Part shown: positions 8,981-19,733 of the stretch, piece by piece | How positions within the stretch are numbered: the stretch's first letter is position 1 | How the letters are laid out: the number at the start of each line of letters is the position of its first letter | Origin: Minisyncoccota bacterium | GTDB taxonomy: Bacteria > Patescibacteriota > Minisyncoccia > Phycocordibacterales > UBA9973 | DNA: 64,000 bases | Direction: 5' to 3' | Assembly (NCBI GenBank): GCA_035299545.1 | Contig: DATGWJ010000024.1 | Location: forward strand, 18,150 to 82,149 | The notes under the pieces: model-generated | Databases searched by the model: none | Told to the model about the DNA's origin: nothing | The model's input: the letters and a program-made list of their open reading frames with translations, nothing else | Made by a program: the position numbers and the translations under genes

Positions 8981-9904
8981 TTACTTCCGTAAATATCTAT
9001 GGATAGCAAAGATACTGGAAATAATTCCAATACTTACACCTGACCCAAGCATAATAATGAATAATTGTATGAAATTAGATTTATAGTATGTGTATAAATT
9101 AATTCCAACGAAATCAGTCATTTGGTTGCCTAGCCAGATAGAAACCGGTATGAATATTAAGATAGTAACAATAGATGAGACAACGCCCACAAATACACCA
9201 GAGACAACGAATGGTCCGCGAATATAACTCTTCGCAGCGCCGACAAGCTTCATCACATTAATCTCTTCGCGAGACATATAAATGATAAGGCGAATTGTAC
9301 TGTAAGTTATTAATAGTGAGATAACTACAAGGACGAATGACACAGCGAAGCCAAGCTTCCTTGCGCCATTAATGATAGAAGTAAGCCGATCTATAACAAT
9401 TTTATTCTGATGATAATCGATCTTATCGATACTTGAAATCTCAGCGGCAGATAGTGTGCCATTATTATCGAAATAGCGAACGATACTTTCATACTGAGAT
9501 GGATCTTTCGCTTTTATATTTAGAGAACCACCGAGTGGATTCTCATCGAGCTCATCTAAAGCTTGCAGGGTAAGGTAATCATTGGAGTGTTTTTCTTTGA
9601 ATTCTGCTAAAGCTTGCTCCTCTGATGTATAAGTAATATCTCTGACTTCTGGCAAATTTTTAAGAGTATCTTGGATTCCTAATATCGATGACTCTTCCGT
9701 ATCAGGAACGAAATAAACAGTGACATCAACTTTCTCTTTTATGTCATTGAGTGATGAATTTAAAGCCGCTTGTATGAATATAAGTGAGGTAATAACAAAA
9801 AGAGTTATCGTCATTATGAGTATGCTTGCGATGGAAGTGAAACCGCTTCGCGTAAAATTACGATAACCAGAAACTATTACTCTTTTCAACTTAGTGAAAA
9901 ACAT
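8981..9904 (-). CDS. ftsX: cell-division ABC transporter permease FtsX
   Basis: Four TM helices plus a large extracytoplasmic loop, directly downstream of ftsE. The start is trimmed to MFFTKLKR, which overlaps the ftsE stop. Confidence 0.75.
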   Translation of the reverse strand: MFFTKLKRVIVSGYRNFTRSGFTSIASILIMTITLFVITSLIFIQAALNSSLNDIKEKVDVTVYFVPDTEESSILGIQDTLKNLPEVRDITYTSEEQALAEFKEKHSNDYLTLQALDELDENPLGGSLNIKAKDPSQYESIVRYFDNNGTLSAAEISSIDKIDYHQNKIVIDRLTSIINGARKLGFAVSFVLVVISLLITYSTIRLIIYMSREEINVMKLVGAAKSYIRGPFVVSGVFVGVVSSIVTILIFIPVSIWLGNQMTDFVGINLYTYYKSNFIQLFIIMLGSGVSIGIISSIFAIHRYLRK

Positions 9905-9911
9905 ACGATTA

Positions 9912-10589
9912 TTATAGCATATATTTACCGTCCTTATCATCACGCACAACACGACCATTTTCCAAGGTTATAACGCGTTTTTTCACTTGGTCTACTACTT
10001 GCCTATTGTGAGTAGTGAGGATGACAGTAGTGCCAAGGTCATTGATCTTTTTCAAAATATTTACAACTTCATTCGTATTTATAGGGTCCAAATTGCCTGT
10101 CGGCTCATCGGCGATAATGAGGTTGGGCTGAGTTATTATCGCTCGAGCTATCGCAAGGCGTTGCTTTTCCCCTCCGGAGAGCTGATGTGGGAACAAATGT
10201 GCCTTTGCAGTAAGGTCTACTAATTCAAGAACATGAGGAACATCACGAAGAATCTCTTTTTCATCTTTTTCTATAGCTTCCATAGCGAAAGCGATATTTT
10301 CGTACGCAGTTTTATTTGCAAGAAGTCGAAAATCTTGGAAGACAACGCCTATCTTTCGACGAAAATCAGTTAGCTTCTTATTTGAAAGTTTGTGAATGTC
10401 TGTGGATTCGAAAAATACAGTCCCATCTGTGGGTGATTCTTCGGCTAAGATTAATTTGGTGAGAGTTGTCTTCCCTGCTCCAGAGTGGCCCACAATTGCC
10501 ACAAATTCTCCCTGTGTGATTGAAATGTTAATATCTTCTAAAGATATACTGTTTGAGTATTTTTTTGTAACATTATTAAAATAAATCAT
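9912..10589 (-). CDS. ftsE: cell-division ABC transporter ATPase FtsE
   Basis: Walker A GHSGAGKTT, ABC signature LSGGEKQR and Walker B IIADEP. Confidence 0.9.
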   Translation of the reverse strand: MIYFNNVTKKYSNSISLEDINISITQGEFVAIVGHSGAGKTTLTKLILAEESPTDGTVFFESTDIHKLSNKKLTDFRRKIGVVFQDFRLLANKTAYENIAFAMEAIEKDEKEILRDVPHVLELVDLTAKAHLFPHQLSGGEKQRLAIARAIITQPNLIIADEPTGNLDPINTNEVVNILKKINDLGTTVILTTHNRQVVDQVKKRVITLENGRVVRDDKDGKYML

Positions 10590-10717
10590 TATACCTGTCT
10601 ATTGTAACTAAAAAAATAAAAAATAACAAATGCAATAAATATTCATTATTATAACTCTATATTATATAGCAAAAGTACCCTTCCAGAAATAAATTCTAAA
10701 AGGGTACAAATAAAAAA

Positions 10718-11488
10718 TTAAATTGTCTGACGAACCGAGCTATCCTCATCATAAAAGCGATGATCCCAACCATGGATTTTCGGCTTGTCGAGCCAGCGAA
10801 CAAACACAGCATCATTTAACTCAGAAATTGAACTACTACATATACACAATGAACTTTCATCAATATGTTTCCCTATTTCTAGAAAAACAAATATATCAAG
10901 AATATTATATTCAGTAAATGTTGTGCCTGTAATACCCATATCACGAGATACCTCAGATGAAATGTTTGGATATTCAACTTTACATTCAAAATTTGGTTTG
11001 CAACAGAAAACACTTCTGTAGGGAGATATATCCCGAATATTTGCAGGATTTATACCTTCGTATTTGTTCTTTACCCCTTCTTTAAATAATGAAAGTTTCT
11101 GCTGCCATGAGCGTAGTGGTCCAACTCTATCACGTTTTGGGATCACAATTGGCCAATCGTATCCGGGTTTCCAGTTTTGAATTTTATGATTATTCAAATC
11201 AATTGAAATACTGGAGTCAATTTGTTTCCAAATTTTTACCCATTTTTCCCATCTGTTTAGAACATATTCAGGAATTGCAATTTCGTTATGTTGTATCATT
11301 TGAGTGTTCTCTTTCACAAGAGCACTGATGATACGCCTTTTCATTGCATCTTCAGGCATTTGATTGAGCGTGTCTATTTGTTCTTTTGTGAACCCATAGG
11401 TTTGCATTGTGTAAGCAGTCATGCCTACTACTTTCTGTGAAGCCCGTGCGTGTGCTACGCTTGAAACTTCGGTTTTCTTTTCTGACAT
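10718..11488 (-). CDS. hypothetical protein
   Basis: 256-aa ORF with no recognisable motif, sitting between ftsE and prfB. Confidence 0.4.
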   Translation of the reverse strand: MSEKKTEVSSVAHARASQKVVGMTAYTMQTYGFTKEQIDTLNQMPEDAMKRRIISALVKENTQMIQHNEIAIPEYVLNRWEKWVKIWKQIDSSISIDLNNHKIQNWKPGYDWPIVIPKRDRVGPLRSWQQKLSLFKEGVKNKYEGINPANIRDISPYRSVFCCKPNFECKVEYPNISSEVSRDMGITGTTFTEYNILDIFVFLEIGKHIDESSLCICSSSISELNDAVFVRWLDKPKIHGWDHRFYDEDSSVRQTI

Positions 11489-11620
11489 TTTTATAATTTT
11501 TAAATAATTATTGGCTTCTTAGAAAATCCAAGTTTAGCCATATTCGTGTATGTTATATCACACAAAATGTATAAAAGTCAAAAATTAGAGGTATAAAATA
11601 TAACTTATTACTAAAGAAGA

Positions 11621-12508
11621 TTAAAGCGTTTTTTCTGCTTCAATAAAGGGGTCAATCTGACCATCTAAAAGCACAGAGTCAACATCACGAATTTCCACAT
11701 CTGTGCGGTGATCTTTCACCATTTTATACGGATGAAGGACATATGAGCGGATTTGGCTTCCCCACTCTATCTCCATAGTCTTTGTAGTAGACATTCCAGC
11801 TTTTTCTTTCTCTCTATCTTCTTCCCTTTTCTTATAAAGCTTACCTTTAAGTATTTCGAGTGCACGAATACGGTTCTGCTCTTGAGAACGCTCAGTGGTG
11901 ACATGGATAGATATGCCAGTAGGAACATGGATTAAGCGAACTGCTGTCTCGCGCTTGTTCACATTTTGCCCGCCTGGACCTCCAGATTTTGAAAATTCAA
12001 CCTTTATATCTTCGGGAGGCACTTCTATCGCACTATCATTAACTTCTATTTTTGGAACCACTTCCACTAAAGAGAAAGATGTATGTCGAAGTGACTTCGC
12101 ATTGAAAGGAGAAATGCGCACAAGGCGATGAACTCCTGATTCGTTCTTTAATAATCCGTAAGAATTCTTACCTACGACTTCTATGGAGATATTGCGATAC
12201 CCGCCTAGGTCATTCTTGTTCTCGTGGATTAAAGTGTAATTCCAATTTTTACTTTCTATGTACTTCACATACATACGAAGTAACATTGAAGAGAAGTCCT
12301 CCGCATCATCACCCCCTGCCCCTGAAAGAATAGAAAGTATGCAATTCCCTTTGTCGTATTTCTCTGCGCCCAAAAGTTCATCTTTTAAAGCAGATATTTT
12401 CTTTATTGTGGCTTGAGCTTTCACTTTATCTTCCCAGAAATTACCTTGAGCCATTTCCCCTTCAAGTTTTTCTATCTCTTTCTTTATTTCTTCAGTATCT
12501 TTTTGCAT
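11621..12508 (-). CDS. prfB: peptide chain release factor 2 (short N-terminus, no programmed frameshift)
   Basis: SPF tripeptide (RISPFNA) and GGQ motif (GGPGGQNVN). The ORF begins after the region where the E. coli +1 frameshift site would lie. Confidence 0.9.
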   Translation of the reverse strand: MQKDTEEIKKEIEKLEGEMAQGNFWEDKVKAQATIKKISALKDELLGAEKYDKGNCILSILSGAGGDDAEDFSSMLLRMYVKYIESKNWNYTLIHENKNDLGGYRNISIEVVGKNSYGLLKNESGVHRLVRISPFNAKSLRHTSFSLVEVVPKIEVNDSAIEVPPEDIKVEFSKSGGPGGQNVNKRETAVRLIHVPTGISIHVTTERSQEQNRIRALEILKGKLYKKREEDREKEKAGMSTTKTMEIEWGSQIRSYVLHPYKMVKDHRTDVEIRDVDSVLLDGQIDPFIEAEKTL

Positions 12509-12527
12509 AAAATAAAATAATTAATAA

Positions 12528-12603
12528 TGGAGCCGATGGTCAGGATTGAACTGACGACCCCGTCTTTACGAAAGACGTGCTCTACCAACTGAGCTACATC
12601 GGC
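12528..12603 (-). tRNA. tRNA-Thr (anticodon CGT), CCA encoded
   Basis: Minus-strand cloverleaf GCCGATGTAGCTCAGTTGGTAGAGC...CUUUCGUAAAG...GGTCGTCAGTTCAATCCTGACCATCGGCTCCA. Confidence 0.8.
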
Positions 12604-12608
12604 TAACC

Positions 12609-12717
12609 CTTGAGCCGTCAGTGAGAATCTCTCCTTACAGGAGCAGTACACCTTTTCGGTATATTCGGAATAGTAATTCCTCATATACATCGAAAAGCTT
12701 TCCGATTCTCACGCTAA
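12609..12717 (-). ncRNA. tRNA-Thr 3'-half-derived structured element: T-stem/acceptor copy interrupted by an ~80-nt insert
   Basis: Minus strand reads GCGTGAGAATCGG-AAAGCTTTTCG...GGAATTACTATTCC...CGAAAAGGTGTACT-GCTCCTGTAAGGAG-AGATTCTCACTGACGGCTCA. The last 20 nt duplicate the 3' end of tRNA-Thr(GGT). It is homologous to the element at 39234..39332. Confidence 0.5.
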
Positions 12718-12740
12718 AAGATACTCAAGTATCTTTTGAG
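12718..12740 (-). terminator. terminator hairpin after tRNA-Thr(GGT)
   Basis: AAAAGATACTTGAGTATCTTTT. Confidence 0.55.
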
Positions 12741-12810
12741 CCGTCAGTGAGAATCGGACTCACGCTCTCTCCCTTACCAAGGGAGTGCTTTGCCACTAAG
12801 CTATGACGGC
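12737..12810 (-). tRNA. tRNA-Thr (anticodon GGT)
   Basis: Minus strand: acceptor GCCGTCA/TGACGGC, D-arm GCTTAGTGGCAAAGC, anticodon loop UUGGUAA, T-arm GTGAGTCCGATTCTCAC. Confidence 0.7.
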
Positions 12811-12865
12811 CAAACAACTTAACCAATAGTACTATAACTAATTCATATTTTCAATTTGCAAAATA

Positions 12866-12895
12866 TGAATTTTTTAGTATAATGGCTAAACTACA
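12866..12895 (+). promoter_or_regulatory. sigma70-like promoter (TTGCAA-N16-TATAAT) upstream of the plus-strand tRNA cluster
   Basis: TTGCAAAATATGAATTTTTTAGTATAAT is a near-consensus -35/-10 pair about 35 nt upstream of tRNA-Met. Confidence 0.45.
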
Positions 12896-12931
12896 TATAT
12901 AAGGAGAAAATGTCTCTTTAATTAGTTATAC

Positions 12932-13004
12932 AGCGGGATAGAGAAATGGTATCTCGTAAGGCTCATAACCTTAAGACCTTGGTTCGATTCCAAGTCCCGC
13001 AACA
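12932..13004 (+). tRNA. tRNA-Met-like (anticodon CAT), A1.A72 mismatch
   Basis: Cloverleaf AGCGGGATAGAGAAATGGTATCTCGTAAGGCTCATAACCTTA...GGTTCGATTCCAAGTCCCGCA. Either an initiator or an Ile2 (lysidine) identity is possible. Confidence 0.65.
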
Positions 13005-13099
13005 ATAGGCAAGTGACATGCCAAATGTCTCCTGCTTAGATAAGTTAAATTGCTTTAAAGTGGCTATTCGGCTAAAGCCTCATATCGCCACCATTGCTA

Positions 13100-13131
13100 T
13101 GCGACAGTGGTAACACTCTCGACAAAAAGCA
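13100..13131. terminator. perfect 14-bp hairpin between the two CAT tRNAs
   Basis: CGACAAAAAGCAAAGCAGTTTGCTTTTTGTCG. Confidence 0.5.
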
Positions 13132-13147
13132 AAGCAGTTTGCTTTTT

Positions 13148-13221
13148 GTCGGTGTAGCTCAGCTGGTTAGAGCGTGGGACTCATAAGCCCAAGGTCGGAG
13201 GTTCGAGCCCTCCCACCGACA
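13148..13221 (+). tRNA. tRNA-Met (anticodon CAT)
   Basis: GTCGGTGTAGCTCAGCTGGTTAGAGCGTGGGACTCATAAGCCCAAGGTCGGAGGTTCGAGCCCTCCCACCGACA, with GGG/CCC in the anticodon stem. Confidence 0.75.
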
Positions 13222-13305
13222 CAGTCGTGGAGCAAGTAAACTGCGAAGCTTACACGATAAGTTGCAAGGATTTTTATATTAGGTTAGTATTAATGAGAAT
13301 AATTT

Positions 13306-13381
13306 GCAGTCGTAGCTCAACTGGTTAGAGCACCCGCCTGTCACGTGGGAGGTTGAGGGTTCAAGTCCCTTCGACTGCGCA
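13306..13381 (+). tRNA. tRNA-Asp (anticodon GTC)
   Basis: GCAGTCGTAGCTCAACTGGTTAGAGCACCCGCCUGUCACGTGGGAGGTTGAGGGTTCAAGTCCCTTCGACTGCG. Confidence 0.8.
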
Positions 13382-13384
13382 AGT

Positions 13385-13417
13385 ATAAAAATCACTCTTT
13401 ATGAGTGATTTTTATTT
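13385..13417 (+). terminator. rho-independent terminator after the tRNA cluster
   Basis: AAAAATCACTCTTTATGAGTGATTTTTATTT. Confidence 0.6.
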
Positions 13418-13575
13418 GTGCAGACGAGAAGCCAACTGCTTGGCTTCGTGAGGGATCTTGAAAGATTTTTCGTTGTTGAGCTTGCGAAACCGAAAAATAC
13501 CAGCGACCGTGAGGAGAAAGTCCCTACTCTTTTTTATTTGACATTATCTCTATTTAGGAATAAACTAAGCAAAAG

Positions 13576-13992
13576 TTGTTTAACCTAAAATTTAATAAGA
13601 TGAGAAGATTGATACTCCGAATAATCACAGAAGAGCATCATCGGAGAGCCCGTTCTCTTATGGGTACAGAAGCGCCATCTAATATTTCTTACTTAAAAGG
13701 TAAAATCCATAAGGCATGGCACGTATTAGTTGGGAACATGAATGCTCTCCAAATATGTGATTTTTTAAATCACATAGAATTCAAACCGGAAAATATCAAT
13801 ATTACTTGTGTTTTCATTAATGGAACTCCAGTAATTTTGAAAGGGAAAAACAATTCCAAAAACCCGACAAAAATCCGCCGGGCATGGGAAACTTTATTTA
13901 AAGGACTCGAATTTAAAGATGCAATAGCTTATATTAACAATCAGCTACTTGACCCTAGCTACCATCTTTATTTAGAAGAGATTAAAAAATAA
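13576..13992 (+). CDS. hypothetical protein (alternative start at the MRRLILRI methionine, 13600)
   Basis: 138-aa ORF followed by a terminator hairpin at 14008..14034. Confidence 0.4.
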   Translation: MFNLKFNKMRRLILRIITEEHHRRARSLMGTEAPSNISYLKGKIHKAWHVLVGNMNALQICDFLNHIEFKPENINITCVFINGTPVILKGKNNSKNPTKIRRAWETLFKGLEFKDAIAYINNQLLDPSYHLYLEEIKK

Positions 13993-14032
13993 ATATATTC
14001 AAAAACAAAAAAGGAAGCAATTGCTTCCTTTT

Positions 14033-14644
14033 TTATATTATCCCCAATTCTTCAAAGAAGTTTTGGAATAATTTTATAGTTTTACGTGCTTCAATCTGAC
14101 TTAATGGAAAATCAGAACCATCGTGTGCTATCAAGTTACGAACCAAGTGAGCATCCCAAGCATCTTGCACACTTCTGTACCCGCTTCCTCGAGCTCCTTC
14201 CAGAAGTTCACTAACAGTTTCGCCGGACAAACCTTGCTCCTTTAAAACATCTTCCATCATTGAGTCAGCTTCTATTATTGCTACTCTCCAATCCGATTCA
14301 TTTGGACTTTCTACTAAGGTAAGTATATAGTGCCACTTTGGATTGGCGTTGCGTTCCCTTTCTTTCTCTTTCAAAAGTGCTTTATGTATCTCGTGGTCAA
14401 TTTCTTCTTTGTCATATATCTGTATTTCAACTAATCGAACTAAAGAAAATATAATAATTGCTATACAAACAATAGATAAAAGAGCGGATATTACTCCAAT
14501 CGTAGACCATGTTTCAGGGTTAGTAAGAAAGTCGATGATAGGCTTGCTATATTCTACAATCTTACTAAACACGAATTCCATATTTAAGTAAGTAGGTGTA
14601 AAAAGTGGTTTATCTATAACTGATTGTATGCCTGTTTGCTCCAT
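14033..14644 (-). CDS. membrane-anchored protein with C-terminal HEPN-like (DUF4145-type) domain
   Basis: TM helix WSTIGVISALLSIVCIAIIIFSLV, then a charged coiled-coil, then a C-terminal Rx4H motif (HLVRNLIAHDG). Confidence 0.45.
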   Translation of the reverse strand: MEQTGIQSVIDKPLFTPTYLNMEFVFSKIVEYSKPIIDFLTNPETWSTIGVISALLSIVCIAIIIFSLVRLVEIQIYDKEEIDHEIHKALLKEKERERNANPKWHYILTLVESPNESDWRVAIIEADSMMEDVLKEQGLSGETVSELLEGARGSGYRSVQDAWDAHLVRNLIAHDGSDFPLSQIEARKTIKLFQNFFEELGII

Positions 14645-14703
14645 AATTATATTACATATATTATACCCTTTAGTAGGTTTTTTTCAAAAATTCTAACACG
14701 AAT

Positions 14704-16128
14704 TTATACTAGTTTTTCAAAATCTTTCCCAATTGTGAAAAGGATGTCTTCTCTTAAGAATGGTGAGGTGAACTGTAACCCAAATGGCAAGCCATCTTTA
14801 TTGTACCCAGATGGCACAGATATTGAACACAAGTCTGCTAAGTTTGCTGGAGCAGAAAAGATGTCACATAAGTACATTGAAATAGGATCATTTAATTTCT
14901 CTCCTAATTTAAAAGGTAAAAATGGAACTGTTGGAGTAATAAAAGCGTCTAGATTTAACTCTTTATACATACCCAATAATTCATCCTTTATAATTTTTCG
15001 TACTTTTACAGCAGTGTTGTAGTAAGCATCATAATAACCGTGAGATAAAATATAAGTTCCTAGTAGGATTCTTCTGCGAGCTTCTTTCCCGAAACCTTTA
15101 CCTCTGCTCTTCATATAAACATCTAATAGATTATTACCTTCTACAGATAAACCATATCGTATACCATCATAGCGAGCCAAATTACTTGAAACCTCAGCAG
15201 GCATCACAATATAATAAACTGCGAGTGAATACTTAATTGAAGGTAAAGAAACATCTATAATTTCATATCCAGCTTTTTTTAATTTTTCACAACTTTCATT
15301 GAAGTTTTTTAGAACATCAGGATCAATTCCCCCTCCTTCTAAAAACTCTCGAGGAACTCCAATTCTTTTCTTGAGAGGTAATTTCTCTATATTTCTTAAT
15401 TCATCTTTTATAGAAGTACTGTCTTTTTTATCAAATCCATTTATTATATTAAAAATAGTTTCTGCTTCTTCTACGGTTTTAGCCAAAGGACCAACCTGGT
15501 CAAGAGAGCTACCCATAGCAATAATTCCAGAACGAGAAACTGCTCCATAAGTCGGCTTTAGCCCCACAAGCCCACAGAAAGATGCCGGCTGACGAACAGA
15601 ACCGCACGTTTCCGTACCTAAAGCTACCAATGCCATATTTGCCCGAACAGCACTTGCAGAGCCCCCTGAAGAGCCCCCAGGCACACGGGTAGTATCGATT
15701 GGGTTTCTAGTATTCCCGTAAGCACTTGTCTCTGTGGAGGAGCCCATAGCGAATTCGTCCATATTGGTTCTACCAATGAAAACTACTCCCTCTTTTTTCA
15801 ACTTCTCTACAACAAAAGAATCGTAAGTTGCTTTATAATTCTCTAAAATCTTAGAAGAAGCAGAAGCAATGTGCCCTTCAAATAATATATTATCTTTCAA
15901 AGCCATAGGGATACCAGTCATGAGAGTAGCAGTACCATTTCGGAACATTTCCTCGGCAATCTTGGCTTGGTCTAGAACATCATTAAAAACTTCTAAATAT
16001 GCATTTATTTCTCCATTTTTTTCTTTAATGACCTTTAAATATTCATTCACTAAATCAGTAACAGTGTATTCACCATTCTTAAGTGACTCGTGCGCTTTTT
16101 TTATTGTAAGATTTTCTAAATCAATCAT
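14704..16128 (-). CDS. gatA: Glu-tRNA(Gln) amidotransferase subunit A
   Basis: Amidase signature GGSSGGSASAV and conserved Ser-cisSer-Lys context. Confidence 0.92.
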   Translation of the reverse strand: MIDLENLTIKKAHESLKNGEYTVTDLVNEYLKVIKEKNGEINAYLEVFNDVLDQAKIAEEMFRNGTATLMTGIPMALKDNILFEGHIASASSKILENYKATYDSFVVEKLKKEGVVFIGRTNMDEFAMGSSTETSAYGNTRNPIDTTRVPGGSSGGSASAVRANMALVALGTETCGSVRQPASFCGLVGLKPTYGAVSRSGIIAMGSSLDQVGPLAKTVEEAETIFNIINGFDKKDSTSIKDELRNIEKLPLKKRIGVPREFLEGGGIDPDVLKNFNESCEKLKKAGYEIIDVSLPSIKYSLAVYYIVMPAEVSSNLARYDGIRYGLSVEGNNLLDVYMKSRGKGFGKEARRRILLGTYILSHGYYDAYYNTAVKVRKIIKDELLGMYKELNLDAFITPTVPFLPFKLGEKLNDPISMYLCDIFSAPANLADLCSISVPSGYNKDGLPFGLQFTSPFLREDILFTIGKDFEKLV

Positions 16129-16421
16129 AATATTTGTTTAACTTTCAAGTATCCGTCTTCCGTTTTGGGTGTTTCTTGTAAAATTTTGTCTGTATATTCA
16201 CCAGGTTTATTTACTGCAATATCTTCTCTCATAACATTGTGCATCATATCGCCTTCTGATTTTTTATCTATAAATGTATTCTCGTTGAGCTTCAAAGCTT
16301 CTTGAACCTGTCCAACATAAGCTAAAATATGGTCAAAATCTTTTGCGATTGTGGCCATTTCATCTTCACTCATCTCTATACGAGCTAAATCCGCTAGCTT
16401 TTTTACATCTTCTACCTTCAT
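16125..16421 (-). CDS. gatC: Glu-tRNA(Gln) amidotransferase subunit C
   Basis: 98 aa. Its N-terminus (EDVKKLADLARIEMSEDE) is typical of GatC, and it overlaps the gatA start by 4 nt. Confidence 0.8.
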   Translation of the reverse strand: MKVEDVKKLADLARIEMSEDEMATIAKDFDHILAYVGQVQEALKLNENTFIDKKSEGDMMHNVMREDIAVNKPGEYTDKILQETPKTEDGYLKVKQIL

Positions 16422-16439
16422 AATTTTAGAATAGCATAT

Positions 16440-18580
<2,141 letters not shown>

Positions 18581-18587
18581 AAATAAA

Positions 18588-19727
18588 CTATTCTTCGTAG
18601 TTAATTTCAATTTCACGCTCAACAGTTCTTAGATTATTCACATTACATATATTATACCCTTTTGCTGATATTGTCGTCTGGATAGTAGGAGTTGAAGCTC
18701 CTGTAAAATAACCATTTAATTCTTGAATTTCTGGAGTACTTAAAGCTCTATTCCAAATCATTACTTCATCTATAGTTCCATCCCAATAAGAATTCACAGT
18801 AGCATTTGAGCGTCTTCCGATATTTACATTGCTGGAATTGTTATACTGACTTGCCGGAACACCTGTAGTAAGCTCATTATCTAAAACACCATTGACATAG
18901 ATTCTTAAACCTACTGATGGTTCATATACGCCTACTACGTGCACTAATTCACCTATATAGTCAGATGGTGCCGCATTTGATTCTATCCATACTATATCTG
19001 ACGATGAAGAAGAAACCATGAAAGCAAAGGCGTCACTACTTTCAATATTCAAACTCCATCCATTCGAAGCATTTAATTTTGATACAATTCTTCTGTTGTC
19101 TACACTATCAATGTAAACCCAAGCAGAGGCAGTCATTGCTCCAGTAAGGCCTAGTGATGCCGGATTACCAATATCTATATAATCGCTACTTCCGTTAAAA
19201 TCATAACAATTAGAGGTTGCACATCTTGCACTAGTCCCAGTAGCTCCGTATATTGTCCCATCATTAGATCCAACAGAATCAGAAGCATCCCCCTCAAACT
19301 TCCACCAAGATAATAAGTTTGTCTGCCAAGAAGGAGAACCTGAAGTATTGGTCTTTGTAACATCAATTCTAAAACAAGGATTTAATGAATTACTATCTCC
19401 TGAAACAGGATAAATAGTATAATCCCCATTGCCTGTTGGAGTAGAAACGACCATATTGGACCCTCCACAATTAAACGTACCTGTTGTAAAAATATTTGGC
19501 GGAGTTTTAAGAGATTCTATCCTGTCTGCATATAAAGCACAATCCCCCGCAGTGTCTGCCTCATAAAAAGCTGATTGTGAATCTTTTGCAAGAGAAGAAA
19601 GAATTAACTGTTTGTAGGCTACATTTGTAAGACCCGCAGTAATCACAGAGATCGCACTCACAATGATAACTGTGAACAAAATTGCGTAACCTTTATTCCC
19701 TTTATTTTTTGCAATAATTTTTTTCAT
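18588..19727 (-). CDS. PilX-like minor pilin / tip adhesin with LamG (concanavalin-like lectin) domain
   Basis: N-terminus KGNKGYAILFTVIIVSAISVITAGL resembles a PilX_N pseudopilin segment. The central WWKFEGDASDSVGSNDGTIYGATG...CYDFNGSSDYIDIG...WNRALS matches a LamG jelly-roll. Confidence 0.6.
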   Translation of the reverse strand: MKKIIAKNKGNKGYAILFTVIIVSAISVITAGLTNVAYKQLILSSLAKDSQSAFYEADTAGDCALYADRIESLKTPPNIFTTGTFNCGGSNMVVSTPTGNGDYTIYPVSGDSNSLNPCFRIDVTKTNTSGSPSWQTNLLSWWKFEGDASDSVGSNDGTIYGATGTSARCATSNCYDFNGSSDYIDIGNPASLGLTGAMTASAWVYIDSVDNRRIVSKLNASNGWSLNIESSDAFAFMVSSSSSDIVWIESNAAPSDYIGELVHVVGVYEPSVGLRIYVNGVLDNELTTGVPASQYNNSSNVNIGRRSNATVNSYWDGTIDEVMIWNRALSTPEIQELNGYFTGASTPTIQTTISAKGYNICNVNNLRTVEREIEINYEE

Positions 19728-19733
19728 AATTAA

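Noticed and set aside
12509-12530. Possible upstream short ORF and +1 frameshift site for prfB
   Set aside because: The 20-nt region between prfB and tRNA-Thr has no room for the leader peptide, and the ORF N-terminus aligns downstream of the canonical shift site.
12621-12806. 61-aa plus-strand ORF
   Set aside because: It runs through tRNA-Thr(GGT) and the tRNA-derived element, so it is an artefact of tRNA sequence.
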